Part shown: positions 1 through 20,100 of the stretch, one piece after another
How positions within the stretch are numbered: the stretch's first letter is position 1
Layout: every line of letters starts with the position of its first letter
From: the human T2T-CHM13v2.0 reference genome, Homo sapiens
Length of the DNA: 64,000 nt
Reading direction: 5' to 3' (one strand)
NCBI RefSeq assembly: GCF_009914755.1
Contig: NC_060935.1
The notes under the pieces: generated by a model
What the model saw: the letters and a program-made list of their open reading frames with translations, nothing else
Told to the model about the DNA's origin: nothing
The model's database searches: none
Translations under genes and position numbers: made by a program

Positions 1-672
1 AATTAATGCATAATTTAAAAGCCTAAAAGATTTGTGGTAGAGATCTTTAATCCCCATTGTAGAGATGATTTGGCTCAGAAATATATTTTGTTTTAAAACT
101 TTCAACTTACTTCCGATTTTTTAGAATTCAATAGATTTCATGTTGAAATCTGTATTTCTAGTTTTTCTTCAATAATTGAAAAAGATGGATAGCACAGAGC
201 TTATTTTTCTACATGCCAATAATTACTTGGAGCTGAATGGCAGATGTAGGTTGAACTGAAGATATATGCTTTCCAGGTCAACATAATTCCTACCCTACTC
301 ACATCACATGCGAACTGCCTGAATTCTGAAGGAAGGTGTCTGTGACTTGTTACTCCTGTGCTATTACTGTGCATCCCCACTCCTTATCAGTAATTCTATC
401 TATGTGTTAAGGACATGTATCAAAAACGATGTCTAACTTCTAAAATGCAGACATTGTGGATTCAATATAAACTATTTTGTTGATTCGGACTGTTAATTTG
501 TAAATCATTATAAATTTTAAACATTCAATTTTTTTCAAATATTATCATTACCATTTTAGGCTCATACAGAAAAAAATGAATAATATCCCCTTACTTTTAT
601 TAATTACTATACAGTTAAGTAGTGAAATATAGTTTAGTGAAGTAAGAAGATGTCTTTTTTTTTTTAACTTTA

Positions 673-1008
673 TAGTAATCCCCCCTTATCCATGGGTTCA
701 CTTTCTGAGGTTTCAGTTACCCGCAGTCAACCATTGTCCAAAAATAGGTTAATATAATACAATAAGATATTTTGGCAGAAAGTGAGACCATATTTCCATA
801 ATTTTTATTATAGTATATTGCTATAATTGTTCTATTTTTAGCTGTTGTTAACTTCTTATATACGTAATTTATAAACTAAACTTCATTACAGGTATGTACA
901 TGTCGGGAAAAACAGTACATATTGCACAGGGTTTGATACTATCTGAGGTTTCAGGCATCTGCTGCAGGTCCTGGAACTTATCCCCCACAAAATAAGGAGA
1001 GACTACTA
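673..1008 (+). mobile_element. MER44A-like Tigger (TcMar) MITE
   Basis: Terminal inverted repeats TAGTAATCCCCCCTTAT / ATAAGGAGAGACTACTA with TA on both flanks; ~336 bp; body resembles MER44A consensus as I recall it. Confidence 0.8.
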
Positions 1009-1269
1009 TATCTTGTTGTCCTACCTACTAGCTTATAAAACACTTACTGTGTTTTGCTCATTACAACTAAAGACATTTTGCTATCTAACCCTTTACAATA
1101 TAGCTCAATTTTACGTTAACTTTATTCATTTCAGCTAACTTATTATACATGTTAATGGAAGAGCACTGGAGAAGGAATGGGGAGATGTGAGTATGAGTTT
1201 CTGGGTTTTAGGTTGGTCTAGAAGGTTGGTCTATAATTAGGTCACTTTCATCTCTAAATTTCTACAATT

Positions 1270-2495
1270 TCATGATCCTGCAAAAAGACTGATGATGTAG
1301 AATACATCTCCAAGATCATACAGAGAAGAGAACCTTAAAGAAGTGATCCTGATAATCAGCATCTGATAGTTCACTAGAGGCTGAGAAACAGGCAGATCCA
1401 CCAGCAGTCTTATGAGGATAGGCTTAGTGTTCAGGGCCCGCCAAGGAGGAGGGACTCTGGCAAATATCCTAGAATTTTAGTTGGAACCCCAAAGAGCTAC
1501 ACTTTTAGAGTACAAAGTGGAAATAAATTACTCCTCACAAAGACGAAAACAGCTTCCAGGCAGCTCAATCTCTGACTAGTAACATAATCTGCCCAACTCC
1601 AACTTCCAGAAGCAAAAGTAAATCTCTCTAAAGAAAGTTAATACCACCCAAAGCCTCAAATTTCCTTTACAACTTTTCATGCACAAAGTCAGTCACTGAA
1701 TCAAAATTTACTCTACTTCACTGGAGATAGGGTCAAATGACCAAAAACTAAGAGAAAAAGAGAGACAATAGAAATGGATCTACAAGAAGTCCAGATATTG
1801 GATTTATTGACATAGACTTTAAAATATATGTGATTAACATGCTCAAGGAAATATAAAACAAAATGAATTTCCACAGAGGACTGAAAATTATAAAAGACAA
1901 ACCATATGGAAATATTAGAACTGAAAAATATAATAAATCAAATTAAGAACTCAATAGATTGAGTTTATCAGCAGATTAGACAACTTGAAGAGAGGATTAT
2001 TAAAGTGAAAGGACAGAAAAAAATAGCTAGACTGAAACATGGAGAGAAAAAAGTATGGAAAACATAGACAGAAAAATTAGTAATAATATAGAAGATTTTA
2101 ACAAGATTGACAAAGTTGATCTATATAATTCATATTCACAGAACACTGCACCTAAGAAATGCAGAAAACACATTCTTTTCAAATTCATCAGTGTTAGAAT
2201 ATTTACCAAAATCAATTATAGGCTTGGCCAGAAAGCAAATCTCTACATATATTAAGTGACTGCAATTATATGGACTATATTATGTGATACAATAGAAATA
2301 AGCTAGAAATCAATTTTTTAAGTTAGCAAAAAATAAAATACCCAAATATTCTTAAAAGAAGTATACTTCTAAGTAGCCCATATGTTGAAGAAGAAATTAT
2401 AAAAAAATTACAAAATAATTTGAATAAAAATACAATATATAAAAATTAGGATCCAGCTGAAGCCATGTTCAGAAAAATTTATAGTCTTATAAATG
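1270..2495 (+). mobile_element. Ancient L1M/L1ME fragments (5' region, ORF1, ORF2-EN remnants)
   Basis: A-rich degenerate L1-like sequence (aattaagaactcaatagat; 2055-2255 ORF resembles the EN region); boundaries approximate. Confidence 0.55.
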
Positions 2496-3107
2496 CCAGG
2501 ATCCTGTCCAGGTTACCACATTGCATTTAGTCATCATGTCTCCTTAGATTCCTCCATTCTGTCAGTTTCTCAGTATTTCCTTGTTTTTACTGACCTTGAC
2601 ACTTTTGAAGAATATTATTGAGGTATCTTGTAGAATGTCCCTCAAATGGGGCTTGTCTGATATTTTTTCATAATTATACTAGCTGTGGGGGAAGAATGTC
2701 ATAGAGAATAAAGTTCCCTTTTCATCACATTGCATCATGAATATTTGATATTCATGTGAATCACTGATACCAACATGAATTATTTCTGGAGATTTTCACT
2801 TTAATCACTTAGTTAAGGTAGTGTCTTCCAGGTATCTCCACTGTAAACCTAGTATTTTCCCCTTACATATTCTAGTCATTAGAAACAAGTCACTTATTCC
2901 ACAATAGGGTGGGGTGTTGGGGCATAGAATTAAGCTCTGCTTCCCAGAGGGAGGAATAGCAAACAATTTTGAACAAGACATAAAATCACTACAGTAAATT
3001 ACTAAATAATTTAGAAAAAATATTGTGTCACTATGTAACTACCTTGTTTCTCCTTAAAGTTTCAGCCATCAAATTTGGCATTCATCAGTGGATACTGCCT
3101 GAAGCAA

Positions 3108-3405
3108 TTTTTTTTTCTTTTTTTTTGAGACGTTGTCTCGCTCTGTCCCCCAGGCTGGAGCGCAGTGGCGCCATCTCGGCTCACTGCAACCTCTGCCTCC
3201 TGGGTTGAAGCAATTCCCTGCCTCAGCCTCCTGTGTAGCTGGGATTACAGGCACCCACCACCACGTCTGGCTAGTTTTTGTATTTTTAGTAGAGATGGGG
3301 TTTCACCATCTTGGCCAGGCTGGTCTTGAACTCCTGATGTCGTGATTCACCTGCCTCGGCCTCCCAAAGTGCTGGGATTACAGGTGTGAGCCACTGTGCC
3401 TGGCC
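3108..3405 (-). mobile_element. AluS
   Basis: Full dimer, poly(T) at left, approximate TSD tg(a/c)agcaatt. Confidence 0.95.
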
Positions 3406-3505
3406 TGCAGCAATTATTACTGTGATTTTTCTAAGGGTGATTTTTCTATTTCTCCTTTTCCTCCTACATTTAATAGCTGAAATTCTTTTGTAAAATATTT
3501 TTCCC

Positions 3506-3815
3506 AGCTGAGTGTGGTGGCTCACGCCTGTAATCCTAGCACTTTGGGAGGCTGAGGCAGGTGGATCGCTTGAGGCTATGAGTTTGAGACTAGTCTGAGC
3601 CACATAAGGAGACCTCATCTATACATAAAATTTAAAATTTAGCCAGGCATGATGGTGCCACCTGTGGTCCCAGCTACTCAGGAGGCTGAGGTAGGAGGAT
3701 TGCTTAAGCCCAGGAGGTCAAGAATGCGGTGAAGCATGGTTGCACCATTGCACTCCAGCCTAGGTAACAGAGCAAGACCTTGTCTCAAAAAAATAATACT
3801 AAATAAATAAATAAA
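3506..3815 (+). mobile_element. AluJ
   Basis: Full dimer with J-type right arm (aggattgcttaagcccaggagg), (TAAA)n tail. Confidence 0.92.
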
Positions 3816-4195
3816 CTCCTCTCTCCCCAATTTATCTATTTATTTAATCATTTATTAATATTAATAGGAGATCCAATAATATCATTATTTTGTGGTTCAA
3901 ATTGCTCCAGTTTTAACCGTGGGAGCTCTTTCGGGCTGTCTTATGTATCCTTTTGACATTACGTTAAGTACTTCCTCACTTTCCAGCACTGCAAGATGCC
4001 CAGCCCTGAAATAGGTCATGTCTCCTGGTTCCTTTTACTAAGAGTCCTGGTTCCTTTTACTAGATAATAATATTTAGATCCCAAGATCTGGGTGTCAGTT
4101 CTTCTAGGCCCTCTCGGGAGACAAAGCTAGAAAATATATGTATATACGCTAACCCATGTATACACAGACGTCTATATTTATCTATCTGTATATAA

Positions 4196-5275
<1,080 letters not shown>

Positions 5276-5934
5276 CAACTCTAACGCAGCAGCAAAGAGC
5301 TCATTCTAGCCTTCCCCTTGGCTTATTTGTCACTTCTTTCAACAGTGAAAAAATCTACCTACCTCTCAGTATCTATTTGCTTATTTGTTCAACTCTAGTA
5401 TACCTGTAGTTTCAGAATTGCTGACATGCACCCATCCAAGAAACAAATTTACCAAGTAGAGACATTGTTTATGTACCTTTCTTTTTGTCTTTAGCCTTAC
5501 AGCATCCAGTCAAAATGCCATTTTCCAAAGTTAAGTCACTTCTTTTCCCCCTACTCTGCTCACTGAAGTTTATGTTACGCATTTGTGAAAGTTTGTTGCA
5601 TTTTCATAGTATAAATTCCACACTAGAATTCTCCTGCACATCCTTGTAAATTTGCATATAGTACAGTTTACTCCTTCTGGTGTCATTTTACAGGTTTGAC
5701 AGAAGAATGTTGTGGTAGACCACTACTATATAATACAGAAGAGTTACATCATCCCCTAAATTTCTCATGCATTCCACATAGCAAACCCCTCTCCTATCCT
5801 CCAATACCTAGTAATCACTGATTTATTTTCCATTGCTATAGCTCTGTCTTTTCCAGAATGTCATATAAATGCATTATAATATATAGCCTCTTGAATCTGG
5901 CTTCTCTCACTTAGAAAATTTCATTTAAGATTCA

Positions 5935-6320
5935 CACCTCCTCCATTTTTGAGGATTTTTTTGCTGGGAATAGAATTCTAGGTTGGTAGTTATTCTTTTA
6001 ACATTTTAAAGGTGCCATTCTATTGTCTTCCAGGTTGAGTAATTATTACTGAGAAGCCCACTATCCATCTTCATCTTAGTGTTGTTGCTTTGAATATAAT
6101 TAATCTTTTCCACTTGTGGCTGCTTTTAAGATTCTGTTTGGTTTTCAGTTCTTCCATGATGTATCTGGGTATTTTCTGTGTATTCATCCTACTGGGCTTC
6201 ACAGAGCTTCTTGAAACTCTGGGTGGTAGGTTTAATCCATTTTGGATATTTTCTAATGTCATGTAGTTCTACAATCCTATCTTCTGCTGTGTATAATTAG
6301 CTGCTAAATCTATTGAGTTC
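5935..6320 (-). mobile_element. Ancient L1ME ORF1 fragment
   Basis: Reverse complement contains ccaacctagaattctattcccagcaaaa (ORF1 C-terminal motif) and agaactcaatagat. Confidence 0.55.
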
Positions 6321-6321
6321 T

Positions 6322-12473
<6,152 letters not shown>

Positions 12474-12474
<1 letters not shown>

Positions 12475-12538
12475 ATATATATATATACACACATATACAT
12501 ATATATACATATATATGTATATATGTATATATATATAT
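12474..12538. repeat. (TA)n/(CA)-interrupted microsatellite at the truncated L1 3' end
   Basis: Direct reading. Confidence 0.95.
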
Positions 12539-12540
12539 TC

Positions 12541-12632
12541 CACAGGCTGGACTCTTAACTCTTCCCACCTCAGCCTCCCTAGTAGCTGCAACTCCAGGTG
12601 TGCACCCACTTCACCTGGCTCTTTATTTTTTT
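12541..12632 (-). mobile_element. Old Alu monomer fragment (FAM/FLAM-like)
   Basis: cttcccacctcagcctccctagtagctg motif; partial. Confidence 0.65.
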
Positions 12633-12763
12633 AATAGCAACAAAATATTCTTCATATTTGATTCAATCATCCAATTCTGCATATTAAACCTCCCCAAAAT
12701 TTCATGATTTTTTAAACTTTTAAAACATTCTTTATTTTTAATATCTGTGGGTACATAGTAGGG

Positions 12764-12764
<1 letters not shown>

Positions 12765-12804
<40 letters not shown>
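12765..12804. repeat. (TG)20 microsatellite
   Basis: Direct reading. Confidence 0.97.
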
Positions 12805-12810
<6 letters not shown>

Positions 12811-12864
12811 CATGGTCCATAGGATATTTTGACACAGGCATACATTACATAAAAGTCACATCAG

Positions 12865-13162
<298 letters not shown>

Positions 13163-16100
13163 AAAATCACATCAGGGTAAGTAGGGCATCCATCACCTCA
13201 AGCATTTATCCTTTATGTTACAAATAATCCAGTTAATACTCTCAGTTATCTTTAAATGTACAACTAAATTATTAGACTATAGTCACCTTATTGTGCTATC
13301 AGTTACTAGATCTTATTCAGTCTTATTTTTTTTTGTACCCATGAACCATCCCCAGCTCACCCCTAACCCCACTCCCACTACCCTTCCCAGCCTCTAGTAA
13401 CCATCATTCTACTCTCTATCTCCATGAGTTCAACTGTTTTAATTTTTACCTCCCACGAATAAGTGAGGACATGCAAAGTTTATCTTTCTGTGCCTGGCTT
13501 ATTTCACTTAACATAATGACCTCCAGTTCCATCCGTGTTGTTGCAAGTAATAAGATCTCATTCTTCTTTATGGCTGAGTTATACATTCATATACACTGTG
13601 TATATGTACCACATTTTCATTATCCATTCATCTATTTACAGACACTTAGGTTGCTTCAAAATCTTGGTTACTGTGAATAGTGCTACAATAAACACGGGAG
13701 TACAGATATCTCTTTGATACACTGATTTCCTTTCCTTTGGGTATATACCTAGTGGTGGGATTGCTGGATCATATGGTAGCTCTATTTTCAGTTTTTTAAG
13801 AAACCTGCAAATTGTTCTCCGTAGGGGTTATACTAATTTACATTTCCACCAACAGTGTATGAGGGTTCTCTTTTCTCCATATCCTCAACAACATTTGTTA
13901 TTGCCTGTCTTTTGGATAAAAGCTACTTTAACTGGGGTGAGATGGTATCTCATTGTAGTTTTGATTTGCATTTCTCTGATGATCAGTGATGTTGAACATC
14001 TTTTCATATACCTGTGTGCGATTTGTATGCCTTCTTTTGAGAAATATTCAGATCTTTTGCCCATTTTTAAATTGGATTGTTAGATTTTTTCCTATATAGA
14101 TGTTTGAGCTCTTTATGTATTTTGGTTATTTATCCCTTGTCAGATTGATCATTTGCAAATATTTTCTCCCGTTCTGTGAGTTTTCTCTTCACTTTGTTGA
14201 TTGTTTCTTTTGCTGTGCAGAAGCTTTTCAGCTTGATGTGATCCCATTTGTCCATTTTTGCTTTGGTTCCTGTGCTTCTGGGTATTACTCAAGAAATCTC
14301 TGCCCAGTCCAATGTCCTGGAGAGTTTCCCCCAATATTTTCTTTTAGTAATTTCATGGCTTGAGGTTTTAGATTTAAGTCTTTAGTCCATTTTGGTTTTG
14401 TTTTTGTATACGGAAACATAGTGGTCTACTTTCATTCTTCCGCACATGTATATCCAGGTTTTTCAGCACCATTTATTGAACAGTCATTCCTCAATGTATG
14501 TTCTTGGCACCTTTGTTGAAAATGAGTTCACTATAGGTGTGTGACTTTGTTTCTGGGTTCTCTATTCTGTTGCATTGGTCTATGTGTTTGTTTTTAATGC
14601 CAGTACCATGCTGTTTTGGTTACCATAGTTCTGTAGTATAATTTGAAGTCAGGCAATGTGATTCCTGCAGTTCTGTTCTTTTTGTTCAGGATAGCTTTGG
14701 CTAGTCTGGGTCTTTCGTGGTTCCATATAAATTTTAGAATTTTTTTTTCTATTTCTCTGAAGAATGCCATTAATATTTTCATTGGCATTGCTTTAAATTT
14801 GTAGATTGCTGTGGGTAGTATGGGCATTTGAACAATATTGATTCTTCCAAACCATGAACATGGAATATCTTTCCATTATTTTTTGTGTTCTCTTCCATCT
14901 CTTTCACCAATGTTTTATAGTTTTCATTGTAAAGAGCATTCAATTCTTTGATTAAGTTATTCCTTAGATATTTAATTTTATTTGTAGCTATTGTAAATGA
15001 GATTACTTTCTTGACTTCTTTTTCAGATTGCTTGCTGTTGGCATATGGAAATGCTACTGGTTTTTGTATGATGATTTTGTATTCTGCAACTTTACTGAAT
15101 ATGTTTATCAGTTCTAATAGTTTTTGGTGGAATCTTTAGGTTTTTCCAAATAGAAGATCATATCATCTGCAAACAAGGATAATTTGAATTCATCCTTTCC
15201 AATTTGGATGCCCTTTATTTATTCTTGTCTGATTGCTCTAGCTAGGGCTTCCAGTATTATGTTGAATAACAGTGGGCATCCTTGTCATGTTCCAGATTTT
15301 AGAGGAAAAGGTTTCAGTTTCTTCCCATTCAGTATAATACTAGCTCTTGGTCTATCATATATGGCTTTTACTGTATTGAGGTATGCTCCTTTTATATCCA
15401 GTTTTTGAGGGTTTTTAATTATGAAGGGACGTTGAATTTTATCAAATGTTTTCTCAGAATAAATTGGAATAGTTATATGTTTGTCCTTCATTCTGTTGAT
15501 ATGCTATATCACATTGATTTGCATATGTGGAAACATCCTTGGATCCCTGTGATAAATCCCACTTGGTCATGATAAATGATACTTTTAATCTGTTGTTGAA
15601 TGCTGTTTGCTAGTATTTTGTTGAGAATTTTTGTATCAATGTTCATCAGAGATATTAGCCTGTAGTTTTCTTTTTCTTTCTTTTTTTTGTAATGTGTCTT
15701 TGTCTGGTTTGGTATCAGTGTAATAACAGCCTTGTAGAATGATTATGGAGGTATTCCTTCTGCCTCTACTTTTTTTTGGAATAGTTTGAGTAGAATTGGT
15801 ATTAGTTCTTCTTTAAATGGTTGATAAAATTCCACAGTGAAGCCATTGGGTCCCAGGCTTTTTCTTTGCTGGGATACTTTTTACTACAGCTTCTGCCTCA
15901 TTACTTGTTATTGGTCTCTTCAGGTTTTGGATTTCTTCATAGTTTAATCTTGGTAGGTTATATGTGTCTAGAAATTTATCCATTTCTTCTAGGTTTTCCA
16001 ATTTATTGGCATATAGCTGCTCATAGCCTCTAAAGATCCTTCAAATTTCTGCAGTATCAGTTGTGATGTCTCCTTTTTCATCTCTGATTTTATTTATTTG

Positions 16101-17184
16101 GGTCTTTTCTCTTGTTTTCTTAGTCTGGATAACAGTTTGTCAATTTTATTTTTTCAAAAAAAGAACTTTCTGTTGCTTTTTTGTATTGTTTTTCTTGTTT
16201 CATTTATTTCTGCTCTGATCTTTATCATTTCTTTTCTTCTACTAAATTTGGGTTTGGTTTGCTCTTGCTTTTCTAGTTCCTTAAGATGTATAATTAGGTT
16301 GTTTATTTGAAGTTTTTCTTTTTTTTTGATGTAGACACTTACAGCTATAAACTTCCATCTTACTATTGATTTTGCTGTATCCCATAGGTTTTGGTATGTT
16401 GTGTTTCCATTATCGTTTGTCTCAAGACATTTTTCAATTTCCTTCTTGATCTCTTCATTGACCAACTGATCATTCAGGAGCATACTGTTTAATTTCCATT
16501 GTTTGCATACTTTCCAAAATTCCTCATTATTGATTTCCAGTTTTATGCCATTGTTGTCAAAGAAAATACTTGATATTATTTCAATTTTTTAAATGTTTTA
16601 AGACTTGTTTTGTGGCCTAACATATGGTCTAACCTTGAGAATGATCCATGTGCTGAGGAGAATAATTTGTATTCTGCAGCTATTGGATGAAATGTTCTAT
16701 AAGTACCTATTAGGTTCACTTGGTCTACAGTACAGATTAAGTCCAGTGTCTCTTTGTTGACTTTCTGTCTGGATGATCTGTCCAATGTTGAAAGTGGAGT
16801 GTTGAAGTCTCCAACTATTATTGTATGAAAGTCTATCTCTCTCTTTAGCTCTAGTAACATTTGTTTTAAACATACGGGTGCTCCAGTGTTAATGCATATA
16901 TTTTTACAACTGTTATATCCTCTTTCTGACTTGACCCCTTTATCATTATATAATGACCTTCTTTGTCCCTCAAAACACCTTCTTTGTTTTCTCAAAACAA
17001 AAACTATTTTGTCTGATATAAATATAGCTACTCCTGCTCTTTTTTGGTTTCCATTTGCATGGAATATCTTTTTCATCCCTTTATTTTTAGTCTATGTGTG
17101 ACTTTATAGGTGAAGTGTGTCTCTTGTAGGTAACAGATTGTTGAGTCTTTTTTTTTAATCTATTCAGCCACGCTACATGTTCTT

Positions 17185-20100
17185 TATGTATTTATATATA
17201 TTTATATATACTTTAAATTCTGGATTACATGTGCAGAATGTGAAGTTCTGTTACATAGGTATTCACATGCCATGGTGGTTTCCTGCACCCATCAACCTGT
17301 CACGTACATTAGGTATTTCTCCTAATGTTATCCCTCCCCTAGTCACCCACCCCCCACAGGCCCCTGTGTGTGATGTTCCTCTCCCTGTGTCCATGTGTTC
17401 TCATTGTTCTACCCCCACTTATGAGTGAGAACATGTGGTGTTTGGTTTTCTGATCTTGTGATAGTTTGCTGAGAATGATGGTTTCCAGCTTCATCCATGT
17501 CCCTACAAAGGACATGAACTCATCCTTTCTTATGGCTGCATAGTATTCCATGGTGTATATGTGCCACATTTTCTTAATCCAGTCTATCATTGATGGACAT
17601 CTGGGTTGGTTCCAAGTCTTTGCTATTGTGAATAGTGCCGCAATAAACATACGTGTGCATGTGTCTTTACAGCAGCATGATTTATAATCCTTTGGGTATA
17701 TGCCCAGTAATGGCATGGCTGGGTCAAATGGTATTTCTAGTTCTAGATCCTTGAGGAATCGCCACACTGTCTTCCACAATGGTTGAACTAATTTACACTC
17801 CCACCAACGTGAAAGCATTCCTATTTCTCTACAACCTCTCCAGCATCTGCTGTTTTCTGACTTTTTAATGATCACCATTCTAACTGGCATGAGATGGTAT
17901 CTCACTGTGGCTTTGATTTGCATTTCTCTAATGACCAGCAATGATGAGCATATTTTCACAGGTCTCTTGGCTGCATAAATGTCTTCTTTTGAGAAGTGTC
18001 TGTTCACATCCTTTGCTCATTTTTTGATGGGGTTGTTTGCTTTTTTCTTGTAAATTTGTTTGAGTTCTTTGTAGATTCTGGATATTAGCCCTTTGTCAGA
18101 TGAGTAGATTGCAAAAATTTTCTCCCATTCTGTAGGTTGCCTGTTCACTCTGATGATACTTTCTTTGCTGTGCAGAAGTTCTTTAGTTTAATTAGATCCC
18201 ATTTGTCAATGTTGGCTTTTGTTGCCATTGCTTTTCGTGTTTTAGACATAAAGTCTTTGCCCACGCCTGTGTCCTGAATGGTATTGCCCAGGTTTTCTTC
18301 CAGGATTTTTATGGTCCTAGGTCTTTCATTTAAGTCTTTGATCCATCTTGAGTTGATTTTTGTATAAGGTGTAAGGAAGGGGTCCAGTTTCAGTTTTCTG
18401 CATATGGCTAGCCAGTTTTCCCAACACTATTTATTAAATAGAGAATCTTTTCCCCATTGCTTATGTGTGTCAGGTTTGTCAAAGATCAGATGGTGGTAGA
18501 TGTGTGGTGTTATTTCTGAGGCCTCCATTCTGTTCCATTGGTCTATATATCTGTTTTGGTACCAGTACCATGCTGTTTTGGTTACTGTAGCCTTGTAGTA
18601 TAGTTTGAAGTCAGGTAGCATGATGCCTCCAGCTTTGTTCTTCTTGCCCAGGATTGTCTTGTCAATGCGGGCTCTTTTTTGGTTCCATATGAACTTTAAA
18701 GTAGTTTTTTCCAATTCTGTGAAAAGGTCAGTGGTAGCTTGATGGGGACAGCATTGAATCTATAAATTACTTTGGGCAGTAAGGCCATTTTCAGAATATT
18801 GATTCTTCCTATCCATGAGCATGTAAAAGAATAGAAATCACAACAAACTGTCTCTGAGACCACAGTGCAATCACATTAGAACTCAGGATTAAGAAACTCA
18901 CTCAAACTTCAGTTGTGTGTAGGTCCACACAACTACATGGAACAACCTGCTCCTGAATGACTGCTGGGTAAATAACGAAATGAAGGCAGAAATAAAGATG
19001 TTCTTTGAAACCAGTGAGAACAAAGAAACAATGTACCAGAATCTCTGGGACACATTTAAAGCAGTGTATAGAGTGTTTGTTTTTTCCATTTGTTTGTGTC
19101 CTCTCTTATTTCCTTGAACAGTGGTTTGTAGTTCTCCTGGAAGAGGTCCTTCACATCCCTTGTAAGTTGGATTCCTAGGTATTTTATTCTCTTTGTAGTA
19201 ATTGTGAATGGGAATTCACTCATGACTTGGCTCTCTGTTTGTCTGTTATTGGTGTATAGGAATGCTTGTGATTTTTGCACATTGATTTTGTATCCTGAGA
19301 CTTTGCTGAAGTTGCTTATCAGCTTAAGGAGATTTGGGGCTGAGATGATGGGGTTTTCTAAATATACAATCATGTCATCTGCAAACAGAGACAATTTGAC
19401 TTCCTCTCTTCCTATTTGAATACCCTTTATTTCTTTCTCTTGCCTGACTGCCGTGGCCAGAACTTCCAATACTGTGTTGAATAGGAGTGGTGAGAGAGGG
19501 CATCCTTGTCTTATGCCAGTTTTCAAAGGGAATGCTTCCAGTCTTTGCCCATTCAGTATGATATTGGCTGTGGGTTTGTCCTAAATAGCTCTAATTATTT
19601 TGAGATACGTTCCATCGATACCTAGTTTATTAAGAGTGTTTAGCATGAAAGGCTGTTGAATTTTGTCAAAGGCCTTTTCTGCATCTCTTGAGATAATCAT
19701 GTGGTTTATGTCATTTGTTCTGTTTATGTGATAGATTACATTTATTGATATGCATATGTTGAACCAGCCTTGCATCCCAGGGATGAAGACAACTTGATCA
19801 TGGTAGATAAGCTTTTTGATGTGCTGCTGGATTTGGTTTGCCAGTATTTTATTGAGGATTTTCGCACTGATGTTCATCAGGGATATTGGCCTAAAATTCT
19901 CTCTTTTTATTGTGTCTCTGCCAGGCTTTGGTATCAGAATGATGCTGGCCTCATAAAATGATTTAGGGAGGATTCCTTCTTTTTCTATTGATCGGAATAG
20001 TTTCAGAAGGAATGGTGTCAGCTCCTCTTTGTACCTCTGGTAGAATTCGGCTGTGAATCCGTCTGGTCCTGGACTTTCTTTGGTTGGTAGTCCATTAATT

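Noticed and set aside
18821-19077. Twin-priming 5' inversion
   Set aside because: Copy B continues full length in the same orientation on both sides and still has its own copy of this segment, so it is an extra insert and not an inversion.
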